This document shows positions 1-11,287 of a stretch of DNA of 64,000 nucleotides, piece after piece. Origin of the DNA: Bdellovibrionota bacterium (GTDB lineage: Bacteria > Bdellovibrionota_C > UBA2361 > CAKMMH01). The notes below the pieces were generated by a model. The model had not been told where the DNA came from. It made no database searches and was given only the letters and a program-made list of their open reading frames with translations. How positions within the stretch are numbered: position 1 is the stretch's first letter; each line of letters opens with the position of its first letter. Made by a program: the position numbers and the translations under genes. The DNA is taken from the NCBI GenBank assembly GCA_050952645.1, contig JBMNLI010000009.1, positions 1,800 to 65,799 on the forward strand, in the 5' to 3' direction.

Positions 1-241
1 CGATAGAAGCTAAGAATGCGTAGCTTATGATAAATTTCATACGACTACATAATTTTAAAAAATAAGTTAAACTATTTTTAATACATTTATTTCCTAGGTA
101 AGTCTAAATATAAATAAAAACAATTTTAAGTAAATAAATTACTAAAATCGATACTTACCGCATTACAATTAAATACTTATCATATTTAATTATTTAAATG
201 CTGATACCAAACCTAAATGACTTGGTATTTTGACTCCCTTA

Positions 242-1760
<1,519 letters not shown>

Positions 1761-2486
1761 GTTTTTAAAAATCTGCTACTATGTTTATCGCTACACCAAT
1801 TAACGATAAACACTAATAAATCTTTTAGTCTAATGCACTAAAAACTAAAAACTATAAAAGTTCTTATCTCTTTTAAGATTACTTATCGAAATTACTTTCT
1901 ATCATCACTCTTAGCTTCTACCCATAACCCGATTGTTTTGCACTCTAAATCTTAAGGCTTATATTTTATCTTAATGATTTTATCATAGCAAAATAAAAAA
2001 ATCAAAAGCGCATCAAAAGCACCACGACTTAAAGCCTATATGTTTTAACACAATAGGAATCCTTATGCAAGCACTTTCTAAAATTTTTTTTATTTTTTTA
2101 TTTAAAATTTTAGAAATCTCTCAAGAACTAATCAACACAACTAATGCACGCATTATATATATTACCATTATAAAAATGATTATAAAAATGCGATATAAAA
2201 GGCACTAAAGCCTTTTTGCATCACTGCATTCTTTCTAAATTTTCCTATATCAAGTGTTCAGGTAAAATATCACACCTAAAAACAAAGTCAACACTTTTTT
2301 TAAAAAAAACTTAAAAATCTTTAAATAGTTAATATAGCGTTTTATATAAAATTTATAAGGGATTTTCTACCGATAAGAACTTAACTCCTAAAAGGAGCTA
2401 GAGAACATTTAAGACTACCTAAAAGAAAGAAAATACAATAATATATAACAAATAATTTAACCTTATTTTATACGTTTTTAAACTTT

Positions 2487-3653
2487 ATGGATATACAAAA
2501 AATTTTTATTAGTAGCGGAGAAGCTTCAGGAGATAGCTACGCTTCTTTACTAATCAAAGAAATTAAAGATATAAACCAAAATATTCAAATCTTTGGCATG
2601 GGGGGCACTCTTTCTAGAAGCGCTGGGATGAACACCATTGTAGACTCCGAGGATAATGCGTCAGTTATGGGCTTTTTCTTAGCATTAGCTTCTCTAAAAA
2701 AAATTTTAAAAAACTTAAACACTATTAAAACTTGGCTTAAAAAAGAAAAACCTAACGCTATCATCTTAATAGATTTTCCCGATTTTAATTTTCAAATTGC
2801 AAAATACGCAAAGAAATTAAATATCCGAGTATACTACTTTATACCTCCTCAAGTTTGGGCATGGAGAAAGGGTAGAGTAAAATTTTTAAAAAAATACATC
2901 TCACATGCAGTCGTTATATATCCTTTTGAAGAAAAATTTTATAAAGATTGCGGTTTTGATCGTATAAGTTTTTTAGGTCATCCTTTCTTAGATGAATTTG
3001 AAAAATCACTAAAGCTTACAGACAAAGAAAAAAAGGAAAAAATCATATCTTGGGGACTAGACCCAGACTTACCAATCGTGAGCATTTTCCCAGGAAGCAG
3101 AAAACACGAAATAAACGACTATTTAAATCTATGCTTAGACGTCTTTAGCGACTTAAAAGAAAAACACGAAACGCTCCAAGGAATAATTTCGGTTGCTCCT
3201 AATTTCGAAATTGAAGAGATAGAAAATAAAGTTGCTAATATAAAAAACTTAGAAAGCATAAAAATAATAAAGGGCGATGCCGTATCTATTATGCAATGTA
3301 GCAAAGCAGGTCTTCAAAAATCTGGCACTAATAATTTTCAAGCTTGCATAGCTAGGCTTCCTTTTTTAATGTTTTATTCCGCATCTAAACTTACAGAGTT
3401 TATTTTAAAACGTCTTCTACTAATCAGCGAGTTTTCCATCGTAAATATTTTAAGACCTCACACTGTAAAAGAGTTTATACAAGAAAATTTAACTAAAGAA
3501 AATTTAAAAGACGAATTAGAAAGACTCCTTTTTGATACTGAGTACAGAAATATAATGCTTGATAATTTTAGTGAAATCAAAGAAAGTTTTAAATATGATG
3601 ACTCGAAAAACACTGCTAGGAAAGCTGCTCAAATATTCTTAGCAGAAAAATAA
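2487..3653 (+). CDS. lpxB: lipid-A-disaccharide synthase
   Basis: 388 aa. N-terminus IFISSGEASGDSYASLLIKEIK...IFGMGG is typical of LpxB (GT19), as are length and architecture. Confidence 0.85.
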   Translation: MDIQKIFISSGEASGDSYASLLIKEIKDINQNIQIFGMGGTLSRSAGMNTIVDSEDNASVMGFFLALASLKKILKNLNTIKTWLKKEKPNAIILIDFPDFNFQIAKYAKKLNIRVYYFIPPQVWAWRKGRVKFLKKYISHAVVIYPFEEKFYKDCGFDRISFLGHPFLDEFEKSLKLTDKEKKEKIISWGLDPDLPIVSIFPGSRKHEINDYLNLCLDVFSDLKEKHETLQGIISVAPNFEIEEIENKVANIKNLESIKIIKGDAVSIMQCSKAGLQKSGTNNFQACIARLPFLMFYSASKLTEFILKRLLLISEFSIVNILRPHTVKEFIQENLTKENLKDELERLLFDTEYRNIMLDNFSEIKESFKYDDSKNTARKAAQIFLAEK

Positions 3654-3721
3654 AACTTGTAATAATATAAAAAAATATAAACCCAAAAAATAATTATAAA
3701 TTATAGATAATAGAATATAAA

Positions 3722-6103
3722 ATGCGACGAACTAATTTTTCATATATCTTAACAATTATAATCACATCGCTCTTTGCTTTTGCTTTAGGTCTAAAATTAG
3801 AAATTTTTCCTTTTGGCTCTTATTCAATAATCACCGAGCAAGACGGGGTGCTATTTGTAGGATTTTATAAATATCTAATATCAACATTTTTTGCTAATAA
3901 TTTTACTAATAATCTTGCTAATAACGATATATTTTATTCTTGGGGAAACACTCTTGGAGGAAATGCACTAGGACTTTTATCGTATCACAGTTTTAGTATA
4001 TTTAATTTTTTGCTTGCTTTTTTTTCTAATATATTTCACGGCATACACGTAATATTTTTCATAAAACTAAACCTTATAGCACTATCTTTTTGTGCACTGC
4101 TAAACTATATTTATAAAAATCACACCACTGCTAAAGCACTCGCATCGTTTTCATACGCCTTTATGGGCTACAATATGTTTTTCATACAATGGAATTTAAC
4201 GACGTATCAAGATGCGCTAATTTTCTTACCTCTAGTGTATCTTGGAATAAAGAAAATTGTAGATAAAAAACAAGCTTTCTTATATATCTCCTCTCTATCT
4301 CTTTTAATTATTTCAAACTATTACATGGGATACATGGTTTGCGTTGCATCTATATTATTTTTTATGTTTGCTACAAAAGTGCATTATTCAAAATATCACT
4401 TAAATATTTATATAGAAAGATTTTTATTATATACCTTCTCTACCATTTTAAGCTTAGGAATATCTAGCGTTATCCTACTTCCATCGTATTTAAGTATTCC
4501 TATACGTAGAAAAAACTCGATTATCGATATTATAAAGAACGTGCATTTAAACGATATTTCACTAGACCTATTTAAAGGTTTTTTTTCTCTAACACCTAGT
4601 TCATTTTTAATATCTTGCAATGAGCCAATAATTTTTATAGGTATCATTCCTACGATCTTTTTAATAATTTATTTCTTTAATAAAAAAATAAATATAGAAA
4701 TAAGGCACACCGCACTTTTAATTATCTTACTTTTTCTTCTTTCATTTTACATAAGCTCCTTAAATGCCTTTTGGCATGGCATGTCTTATAATAATTGGTT
4801 TAATTATCGATATAGTTTTATTTTTAGTTTTTTTACACTACTTATTTCATTCGATTCATATGTCTATTTAAAAAAGGCAAACTTAAAAGCGCTTAAAAGC
4901 CAAGTAGTAAATACCATGCTCGTTTGCGTTTTGTTTTATAATTTATTTTCTAGCCACTTAGCTTTTTTAAGACCAATAGTAAATGAAAACCATATCGATA
5001 AATATCAAATGAAGATGCATGAGTACGCCGAGGATATAAAAACGATAAACGACAAAAGTTTTTATAGACTAGATAAGACTTACTATTATACATACGTCGA
5101 TGCGATGCTTTTAAATTATAATGGAGCAACAAATTTTGCTTCAACTGAAAATCTAAACTTACAAGATTTTATTAACACTCTAGGTATTCCGCATAAATAC
5201 TTTGCTACATCTTATGATAGCGATGTGCCACTTAGCCTAGATACTCTTTTTGGCTTTAAGTATATTTTAAGTAAGGAAAAGCTAGCTAAAGAGTTAAAAC
5301 TTTTAAATATAAGTGAAAACAAGACTTATATTTATAAAAACGAAAATACGTTTCCGATAATTTTTAGAACTGAGAGCTTGCTACCCTCTGTAAAAGATTG
5401 CGAAGATTCGTTCGAGTGTTTAAACAAGATCTTTCGCTCTATAATTTCAGATATTCAAGATATATATTCAAAAGTTTTAACTAGGAAAATAACTAGGAAA
5501 GATAACGAAATTTTAATCGACTTAAATATTAAAAGTGAGCTTCCTTTATATATTTACTTTCCTTATGAACTTAAAAATATAAAGGTTCTTTCTAATAACC
5601 TACTAATAATAGATAAGCAATATGGCAAAACTCGGTATAAACCCGTATACGCATTAGGCAAATTTAAAAACGGCGATAATATTCAAATTCAAATATCTCC
5701 TAATCAAAATCTTGAAAGTAACGAACTAGACGACGTAGCTCTTTATTATGAAGATAGTAATAATATTTTAAGATATAAAAATAGGATTAAACTTCAAGAT
5801 ACAAATATACAAAAACTTACTAGTTCCTACTTGCAATTTAAAACTAAAAACCAAAGCGATGTTATTTTCGCTTCGAGCATCCCTTACGATAAGGGTTGGC
5901 AAGTTTTTATAAACGGTAGCCCGACTAATATTATAAGAAACTTCGAGCAATTTATCGCTTTTAAAGTCCCTAAAGGGGCGCATCAAATCGACTTAATATA
6001 TAGACCTATCGGGTTTAAATTAGGACTTATAATATCTTTAATAAGTTTAGTTATATATATTATGTTAATAATTAAGGAGTTTAAAAAAACAAAACAAACC
6101 TAA
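3722..6103 (+). CDS. large polytopic membrane protein, YfhO-like (putative GT-C-type glycosyltransferase)
   Basis: 793 aa. About 10 predicted N-terminal TM helices, a large hydrophilic domain and a C-terminal TM helix (LIISLISLVIYIMLII). Architecture matches the YfhO family. Family assignment is from architecture only. Confidence 0.5.
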   Translation: MRRTNFSYILTIIITSLFAFALGLKLEIFPFGSYSIITEQDGVLFVGFYKYLISTFFANNFTNNLANNDIFYSWGNTLGGNALGLLSYHSFSIFNFLLAFFSNIFHGIHVIFFIKLNLIALSFCALLNYIYKNHTTAKALASFSYAFMGYNMFFIQWNLTTYQDALIFLPLVYLGIKKIVDKKQAFLYISSLSLLIISNYYMGYMVCVASILFFMFATKVHYSKYHLNIYIERFLLYTFSTILSLGISSVILLPSYLSIPIRRKNSIIDIIKNVHLNDISLDLFKGFFSLTPSSFLISCNEPIIFIGIIPTIFLIIYFFNKKINIEIRHTALLIILLFLLSFYISSLNAFWHGMSYNNWFNYRYSFIFSFFTLLISFDSYVYLKKANLKALKSQVVNTMLVCVLFYNLFSSHLAFLRPIVNENHIDKYQMKMHEYAEDIKTINDKSFYRLDKTYYYTYVDAMLLNYNGATNFASTENLNLQDFINTLGIPHKYFATSYDSDVPLSLDTLFGFKYILSKEKLAKELKLLNISENKTYIYKNENTFPIIFRTESLLPSVKDCEDSFECLNKIFRSIISDIQDIYSKVLTRKITRKDNEILIDLNIKSELPLYIYFPYELKNIKVLSNNLLIIDKQYGKTRYKPVYALGKFKNGDNIQIQISPNQNLESNELDDVALYYEDSNNILRYKNRIKLQDTNIQKLTSSYLQFKTKNQSDVIFASSIPYDKGWQVFINGSPTNIIRNFEQFIAFKVPKGAHQIDLIYRPIGFKLGLIISLISLVIYIMLIIKEFKKTKQT

Positions 6104-6123
6104 AAAACTTTCTTTTTTAATTC

Positions 6124-7938
6124 CTATACTAAATCCTTACAAACCTGTTCTAGCACTTTTTTTGCGAGGGACTCTGAAAAACCTCCTACTTTTGCTATTT
6201 CTTCTACGTTAGATTTTTTAATGTTTTCTAAACTTTTAAAGTGTTTTAAAAGTTTTGTTTTTCTTAAAATTCCTATGCCCTTTATATCATCTAAAAAAGA
6301 ATGAGATACTTTTTTCTCACGTCTTTCTCTATGGTATTCGATAACATTATTATGTGCAGCATCTCTTACTCTTTGAAGAAACAAACTAACATTATCATTT
6401 ATCGCTAGTTCTATCGGCTCTTTTTTATCCTGTAAAAAAACTCGTTCAGGTTTTAAGTGAGATGTTCTAAACTTTGCTAATGCGAGCATATCTACATTTA
6501 AATTAAGCTTATCTCTTGCCTCTATGGCCTTTGAAAGCTGCCTATCTCCCCCATCTATTACTATTAAATCTGGCAAATTATCTTCTTTAATTCCTCTTTT
6601 TAATCTTCGATAAATCACCTCATAAATCGAAGCGAAATCGTCTTGTTTTTCGTTTTTTATAATATATCTTTTATATAAATTTTTCTTTGCAACTCCATCA
6701 TAAAACACCACTATGCCACCTACTATATCAGATGATTGCAAGTTAGATATATCTACGCATTCAACTACATTAGGATATTTTCTTAAATTAAATCTCTTCT
6801 TTAACTCTTTTGCTATCTCTCTATATTTTTCATCACTTTCAAAAAATTTTGAGTACGCTTTTTTAGCATTTAATAGTGCGATATTAAGAACCCTAAATTT
6901 TTCTCCTTTTTGTGGATACGTAATTGTAGGAGAAGAGCCGTAAATATTTTTTAGAGCTTTTCTTATTAAATCGTAATTTTCTAGTTTAATATTTGTTATT
7001 ATTTCGGATGGCAAGTTTGATATATTTTCATAATAATCTAGAATGATTTGCTCTAAAAGTTCGCTATCATCTACAAAAACATTCTCTAATTTAAAAGTTT
7101 TAGTATTTATAAACTTTACGCCTTGCTCTTCTATAACGCATAAACTAAGCAAGTTGTTATCTCTATAAAACGCAAAATAATCTCTGACCTCACCTCTATG
7201 CTTGCGATGATTTATATTTTTTTGAAAATCTGTAAGTATAGAAATTTTATCTCTTATAGCGAGCGCTTGCTCAAAAAGTAAATCTTTAGAAAAGTTTTCC
7301 ATTTTTTTATTTAACTCTTCTAGCACATCTAAGGATTTTCCCTCTAATATTTTTATAGCTAAATTTATATACTCTCTATACTCTTCTTTGCTTATTAAAT
7401 TCTTGCAAGGTGCTAAGCATCTTTTTATCTGGTATTCTAAACAGGGACGAACTCTATTTTTAAAGCTAGCATCGCTACAAGTTCTAAGCGGTATAAGTTC
7501 TCTTATTAGACTTAAAATTTCTTTAAACTTTGCACCTTGAGAAAAAGGACCAAAGTAAAGGCTTCCATCGTTTTCTATTTTTCTAACACTTTCGATTTTT
7601 GGAAAATCTTGTTTGATATCTATTTTAATACTTAAGTAAGCCTTATCATCTTTTAATAAAACATTATATTTAGGCTTATGTTTTCTGATAAGTTCTCTTT
7701 CTAATAAAAGTGCCTCTTCTTCATTTGAAGTGATAATGTAATCGAGCGAAGCAACTTTACTCATTAAAAAATTAACCGTTATTCGTTTATCTTGTCCTAG
7801 ATAATAATTTTTTATTCTATTTTTTAAATTTTTTGCTTTTCCTATATATATAATTTTAAGTGCATCGTCTCGCATAATATATACGCCAGCGTTTTTAGGA
7901 AAATTTTTTGCTTGTTCTAAAACTTTTTTACTTATCAT
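6124..7938 (-). CDS. uvrC: excinuclease ABC subunit C
   Basis: 604 aa. N-terminal GIY-YIG motif (GVYIMRD...IYIGKAKNLKNRIKNYY), a UvrBC-interaction region and a C-terminal RNase H-like/HhH region. Canonical uvrC-uvrB adjacency. Confidence 0.9.
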   Translation of the reverse strand: MISKKVLEQAKNFPKNAGVYIMRDDALKIIYIGKAKNLKNRIKNYYLGQDKRITVNFLMSKVASLDYIITSNEEEALLLERELIRKHKPKYNVLLKDDKAYLSIKIDIKQDFPKIESVRKIENDGSLYFGPFSQGAKFKEILSLIRELIPLRTCSDASFKNRVRPCLEYQIKRCLAPCKNLISKEEYREYINLAIKILEGKSLDVLEELNKKMENFSKDLLFEQALAIRDKISILTDFQKNINHRKHRGEVRDYFAFYRDNNLLSLCVIEEQGVKFINTKTFKLENVFVDDSELLEQIILDYYENISNLPSEIITNIKLENYDLIRKALKNIYGSSPTITYPQKGEKFRVLNIALLNAKKAYSKFFESDEKYREIAKELKKRFNLRKYPNVVECVDISNLQSSDIVGGIVVFYDGVAKKNLYKRYIIKNEKQDDFASIYEVIYRRLKRGIKEDNLPDLIVIDGGDRQLSKAIEARDKLNLNVDMLALAKFRTSHLKPERVFLQDKKEPIELAINDNVSLFLQRVRDAAHNNVIEYHRERREKKVSHSFLDDIKGIGILRKTKLLKHFKSLENIKKSNVEEIAKVGGFSESLAKKVLEQVCKDLV

Positions 7939-8034
7939 CTTTATTATTATTACTAATTTTATTATTACTGTTTTTATTATTATTATTTTTTAGCTATTTA
8001 TTATATTATAATATTATAGCTAATAACCGTTTTA

Positions 8035-10056
8035 TTAACCATTAAGGAGCAAATTTTCAAGATATGAAATTTTATCTCTTAATTTTATAGCTTCTTCAAA
8101 TTCTTGATTTTGTGCCTTTTGAAACATTTGTTTCTTTAATGTATCAAGTAATTTTTGAGTTTCTTCTTTCGATTTTAAAGTAGCAACATCTAGAGACAAG
8201 CCGTAATCTTCAGGGTATTCTATTTCCTTTTCTATCGCTATTGGTTTAATCATTATGCTTCTAGCCGACTTAGGGATAATGTTATGTTTGTTATTATATG
8301 CTTCTTGAATTTTTCTTCGTCTTTTTACCTCGGCTACTGCGTTTTTTATCGAGCGTGTTTCAGTGTCGGCATACAAAATTACTCTGCCGTTGATATTTCT
8401 AGCGGCACGCCCCATCATTTGGATAAGCGACCTTTCAGACCGAAGAAAACCCTCTTTATCGGCATCTAGAATAGCTACTAAACTTACCTCTACTAAGTCT
8501 AAACCCTCTCTTAATAAGTTTATTCCTATTAGGACATCAAACTCCCCCTCTCTTAAGGCTTTTAAAATTTCTATTCTTTCTAACGTATCGATATCAGAGT
8601 GGAGATACTTGGCTTTAATACCTAACTCTTGTAAGTAGCTAGATAAGTTTTCTGCCATTTTTTTAGTTAAAGTTAAAACTAACACTCTTTCATTATTTTC
8701 TATAGTTTTTTGTATTTCAGAAAGCAGATCGTCTACTTGAGTAGCTACAGGTTTAATCGTAACGCTAGGGTCTAAAAGTCCAGTAGGTCTATTTATTTGC
8801 TCAAATACCGCTTTAGAGCTTAGCTCTAGCTCTTTATCTCCTGGCGTTGCTGAAACGAAAATTACTTGCGATACTCTCTCGAAAAACTCTTCGATGCTTA
8901 GAGGTCTATTATCTAGAGCCGAGGGGAGTCTAAAGCCGTATTCTACTAAATTACTTTTTCTTGCTCTATCTCCTCTATACATAGCGGCAAGCTGAGAAAC
9001 CGTAACGTGGCTTTCATCTATGATTACTAAAAAATCATCTGGAAAGAACGATAGGAGCGTCCCTGGGGGCTCGCCTTGCGCTCTACCGTCTAAGTGTCTA
9101 GAGTAGTTTTCTATTCCTGAACAAAATCCTATCTCTTTTAGCATTTCTACATCGTAAAGAGTTCTTTGTTCTAATCTTTGAGCTTCTAGGAGTTTTCCTT
9201 CGTTTGTTAATTCTTTTAATCTTTCCTTTAATTCTTCTTTTATAGTGATTATTGCTCTATCGATATCTTCTTTAGGCGTTACGAAGTAGCTCGTAGGGTA
9301 TAAAGAGTAGTAATCTATTTTTGCTAATTCGTTTCCAGTTATAGGGTCGATAAGCGCTATTTTTTCAACGCTATCTCCCCAAAAAACCGTTCTTACAGCT
9401 AGTTTTTCTTCATCTGGGGGAAATACATCTACGCATTCTCCTCTTACTCGAAACGTTCCTCTTTTAAATTCGTAATCATTTCTTTTGTATTGCATATTTA
9501 CTAGGGATTTTAAAAAATCATCTCTATCTAGCTCCATGTTAGTTTTTAAAAAGAACATCATTTTTGCATAATCTTTAGGGCTTCCTGCGCCATAAATACA
9601 GCTTACGCTCGCTACTACTATGCAATCTCTAGCTTCTATTAAGGCTTTAGTAGCTTTATGACGAAGCCTATCTATTTCATCGTTTATTGCGGCATCTTTT
9701 TCTATAAAAGTATCTGTTGAGGCTATATATGCTTCGGGTTGGTAGTAGTCGTAGTAGCTTACAAAATAGTGAACTCTATTTTCTGGAAAAAACTCTTTAA
9801 ACTCATTATAGAGCTGACCTGCAAGAGTTTTATTTGGTGCTATTACCAAGGCTGGGCGATTTTGTTTTTCTATAACGTTTGCTATTGTAAAAGTTTTTCC
9901 CGAACCTGTTATTCCTAGTAGAGTTTGGTAAGCGTTTCCATCATTAAGGCTATCGTTAAGTTCTTTTATAGCCTTTGGTTGGTCTCCGCAAGGTTTATAT
10001 GAAGAATATATTTTAAAATCTCTTTGTGTTTTATATTTATCGAAAAATCGTTGCAT
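8035..10056 (-). CDS. uvrB: excinuclease ABC subunit B
   Basis: 673 aa. Walker A GITGSGKTFT, helicase motifs and a C-terminal UvrB/UvrC interaction domain (EFEEAIKLRDKI). Confidence 0.95.
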   Translation of the reverse strand: MQRFFDKYKTQRDFKIYSSYKPCGDQPKAIKELNDSLNDGNAYQTLLGITGSGKTFTIANVIEKQNRPALVIAPNKTLAGQLYNEFKEFFPENRVHYFVSYYDYYQPEAYIASTDTFIEKDAAINDEIDRLRHKATKALIEARDCIVVASVSCIYGAGSPKDYAKMMFFLKTNMELDRDDFLKSLVNMQYKRNDYEFKRGTFRVRGECVDVFPPDEEKLAVRTVFWGDSVEKIALIDPITGNELAKIDYYSLYPTSYFVTPKEDIDRAIITIKEELKERLKELTNEGKLLEAQRLEQRTLYDVEMLKEIGFCSGIENYSRHLDGRAQGEPPGTLLSFFPDDFLVIIDESHVTVSQLAAMYRGDRARKSNLVEYGFRLPSALDNRPLSIEEFFERVSQVIFVSATPGDKELELSSKAVFEQINRPTGLLDPSVTIKPVATQVDDLLSEIQKTIENNERVLVLTLTKKMAENLSSYLQELGIKAKYLHSDIDTLERIEILKALREGEFDVLIGINLLREGLDLVEVSLVAILDADKEGFLRSERSLIQMMGRAARNINGRVILYADTETRSIKNAVAEVKRRRKIQEAYNNKHNIIPKSARSIMIKPIAIEKEIEYPEDYGLSLDVATLKSKEETQKLLDTLKKQMFQKAQNQEFEEAIKLRDKISYLENLLLNG

Positions 10057-10310
10057 AAGGTGTATTATAAATTTATCTTTAGCTTATGTATATGAGTATT
10101 TAATTATTTTATTAGCTCGCTCTTAAAAAAACAAATTAAGATTAAAAATCATTTTAAAAAAAAGACTAAAAGGATATTAAAAGGATTAAATAAAGTCAAG
10201 CAAAGTAAATTAAAACAAAAGTAAAATAAAGTAAAAAATAAAAAAGAAATTATAAAAAATTAAATAGGATTAACTAAAATTAAAAAAGATTAAATAGAAT
10301 AAATAAAAAT

Positions 10311-10355
10311 AAAAAAAGACAGGAAAGAAAGCACATTTTTGCGCTTTTCTTTCCT
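10311..10355 (-). terminator. rho-independent terminator downstream of ORF 10440..10928
   Basis: 12-bp stem AGGAAAGAAAGC...GCTTTTCTTTCCT, followed on the minus strand by a T7 run. Confidence 0.5.
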
Positions 10356-10439
10356 ATCCAATGTATGCGAACGTGTATAACACGCAAAAAAACCCTAAGG
10401 CCAAAAAACCCTAAGGCAAACCTTCTGCTTTGGGCAGTA

Positions 10440-10928
10440 TCACAAAATCGTTAAAGCCATGTGAATACATGCCAAAATGCCAACCAAAAGTAGCCCAACT
10501 TTCCAAAATGCCACAAAAAAGCAAGACACAAATGAGAAAAGTAAAGGCGCTTCATCTTGGTGGCCTTCGTCCTTTTTGCATTTAGGTGCAAACGACGGAC
10601 GGCGAGACCAACGGCAATAAAACCAAGCCAAAGCAAGATGCAGAATGAAAATGGAAGGCCAAATCAAGAAGAGTTGTTGGTAAAACCTCTTCAACCTTTC
10701 TGTATCAATCGGTCTAGCAGGAAGCGAGTCTAGCGAGCAAGTTTCCTGCCCTTCATTAGCCTCTATTTCGGCAACAGCGACGTTCTCTTTTCCGCTAGCC
10801 TCTTTAGAAGCGTATTGCTGAGCTTCTAAAGGTTCCATTGAGGTTAAGCCCCAAGCTCCGTTCGTTGCAAGCGATAGAATCGCTACCAAAAACAGAGCGA
10901 TAGTGGCAATTTTAATACCGTATTTCAT
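10440..10928 (-). CDS. hypothetical exported/membrane protein encoded in a GC-rich island
   Basis: 162 aa. Signal peptide (MKYGIKIATIALFLVAILSLATNGAWG), an acidic segment, then two Trp-rich TM helices. Local GC is about 45-52% against a background of about 27%. No family recognised. Confidence 0.5.
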   Translation of the reverse strand: MKYGIKIATIALFLVAILSLATNGAWGLTSMEPLEAQQYASKEASGKENVAVAEIEANEGQETCSLDSLPARPIDTERLKRFYQQLFLIWPSIFILHLALAWFYCRWSRRPSFAPKCKKDEGHQDEAPLLFSFVSCFFVAFWKVGLLLVGILACIHMALTIL

Positions 10929-11287
10929 TTTATAGTCCTTTCTATATAGAACTACTTAAGTATTTTTGGGTGTAAACTAGTCAGACTTACCGACTAGTCC
11001 CCCATTTGACTAAAATATTTATCTTTACAACTAAGCGACATGCTTCAGAATGTTTAAAAAACATTCATAAAATTTTAGACTTTAAAATTTCTATCTTTGA
11101 AAAAATACTACTGCCTCTATTATTTTTTTATAAATTATAAGTAATAAATTAAGAAAATAGAGAATAAGGAAATAAAGAAACTAAGAAAACTGAAAGAAAC
11201 TATTTTTAGTTAAAATATATGCTAAGGATTATTTCTAAAACTATATCAAAATACCTACTTTTTTTCTCTTACTTTTAAGTTTTTCGA

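Noticed and set aside
1-241. tRNA gene in the spacer downstream of the 16S 3' end
   Set aside because: No cloverleaf-compatible segment, T-loop (GTTCRAATC) or acceptor-stem pairing was found on either strand in 1-241. A tRNA truncated by the window edge cannot be excluded.
10380-10935. GC-rich island as a structured RNA gene (tmRNA, RNase P RNA, SRP RNA, 6S)
   Set aside because: No tmRNA T-arm/CCA end or resume-codon/tag frame ending in hydrophobic residues. No RNase P P4 signature (GGAAAGTCCGG) or SRP domain IV motif by eye. A clean 162-codon ORF with signal peptide, RBS and terminator fits the segment. Still worth an Rfam scan.
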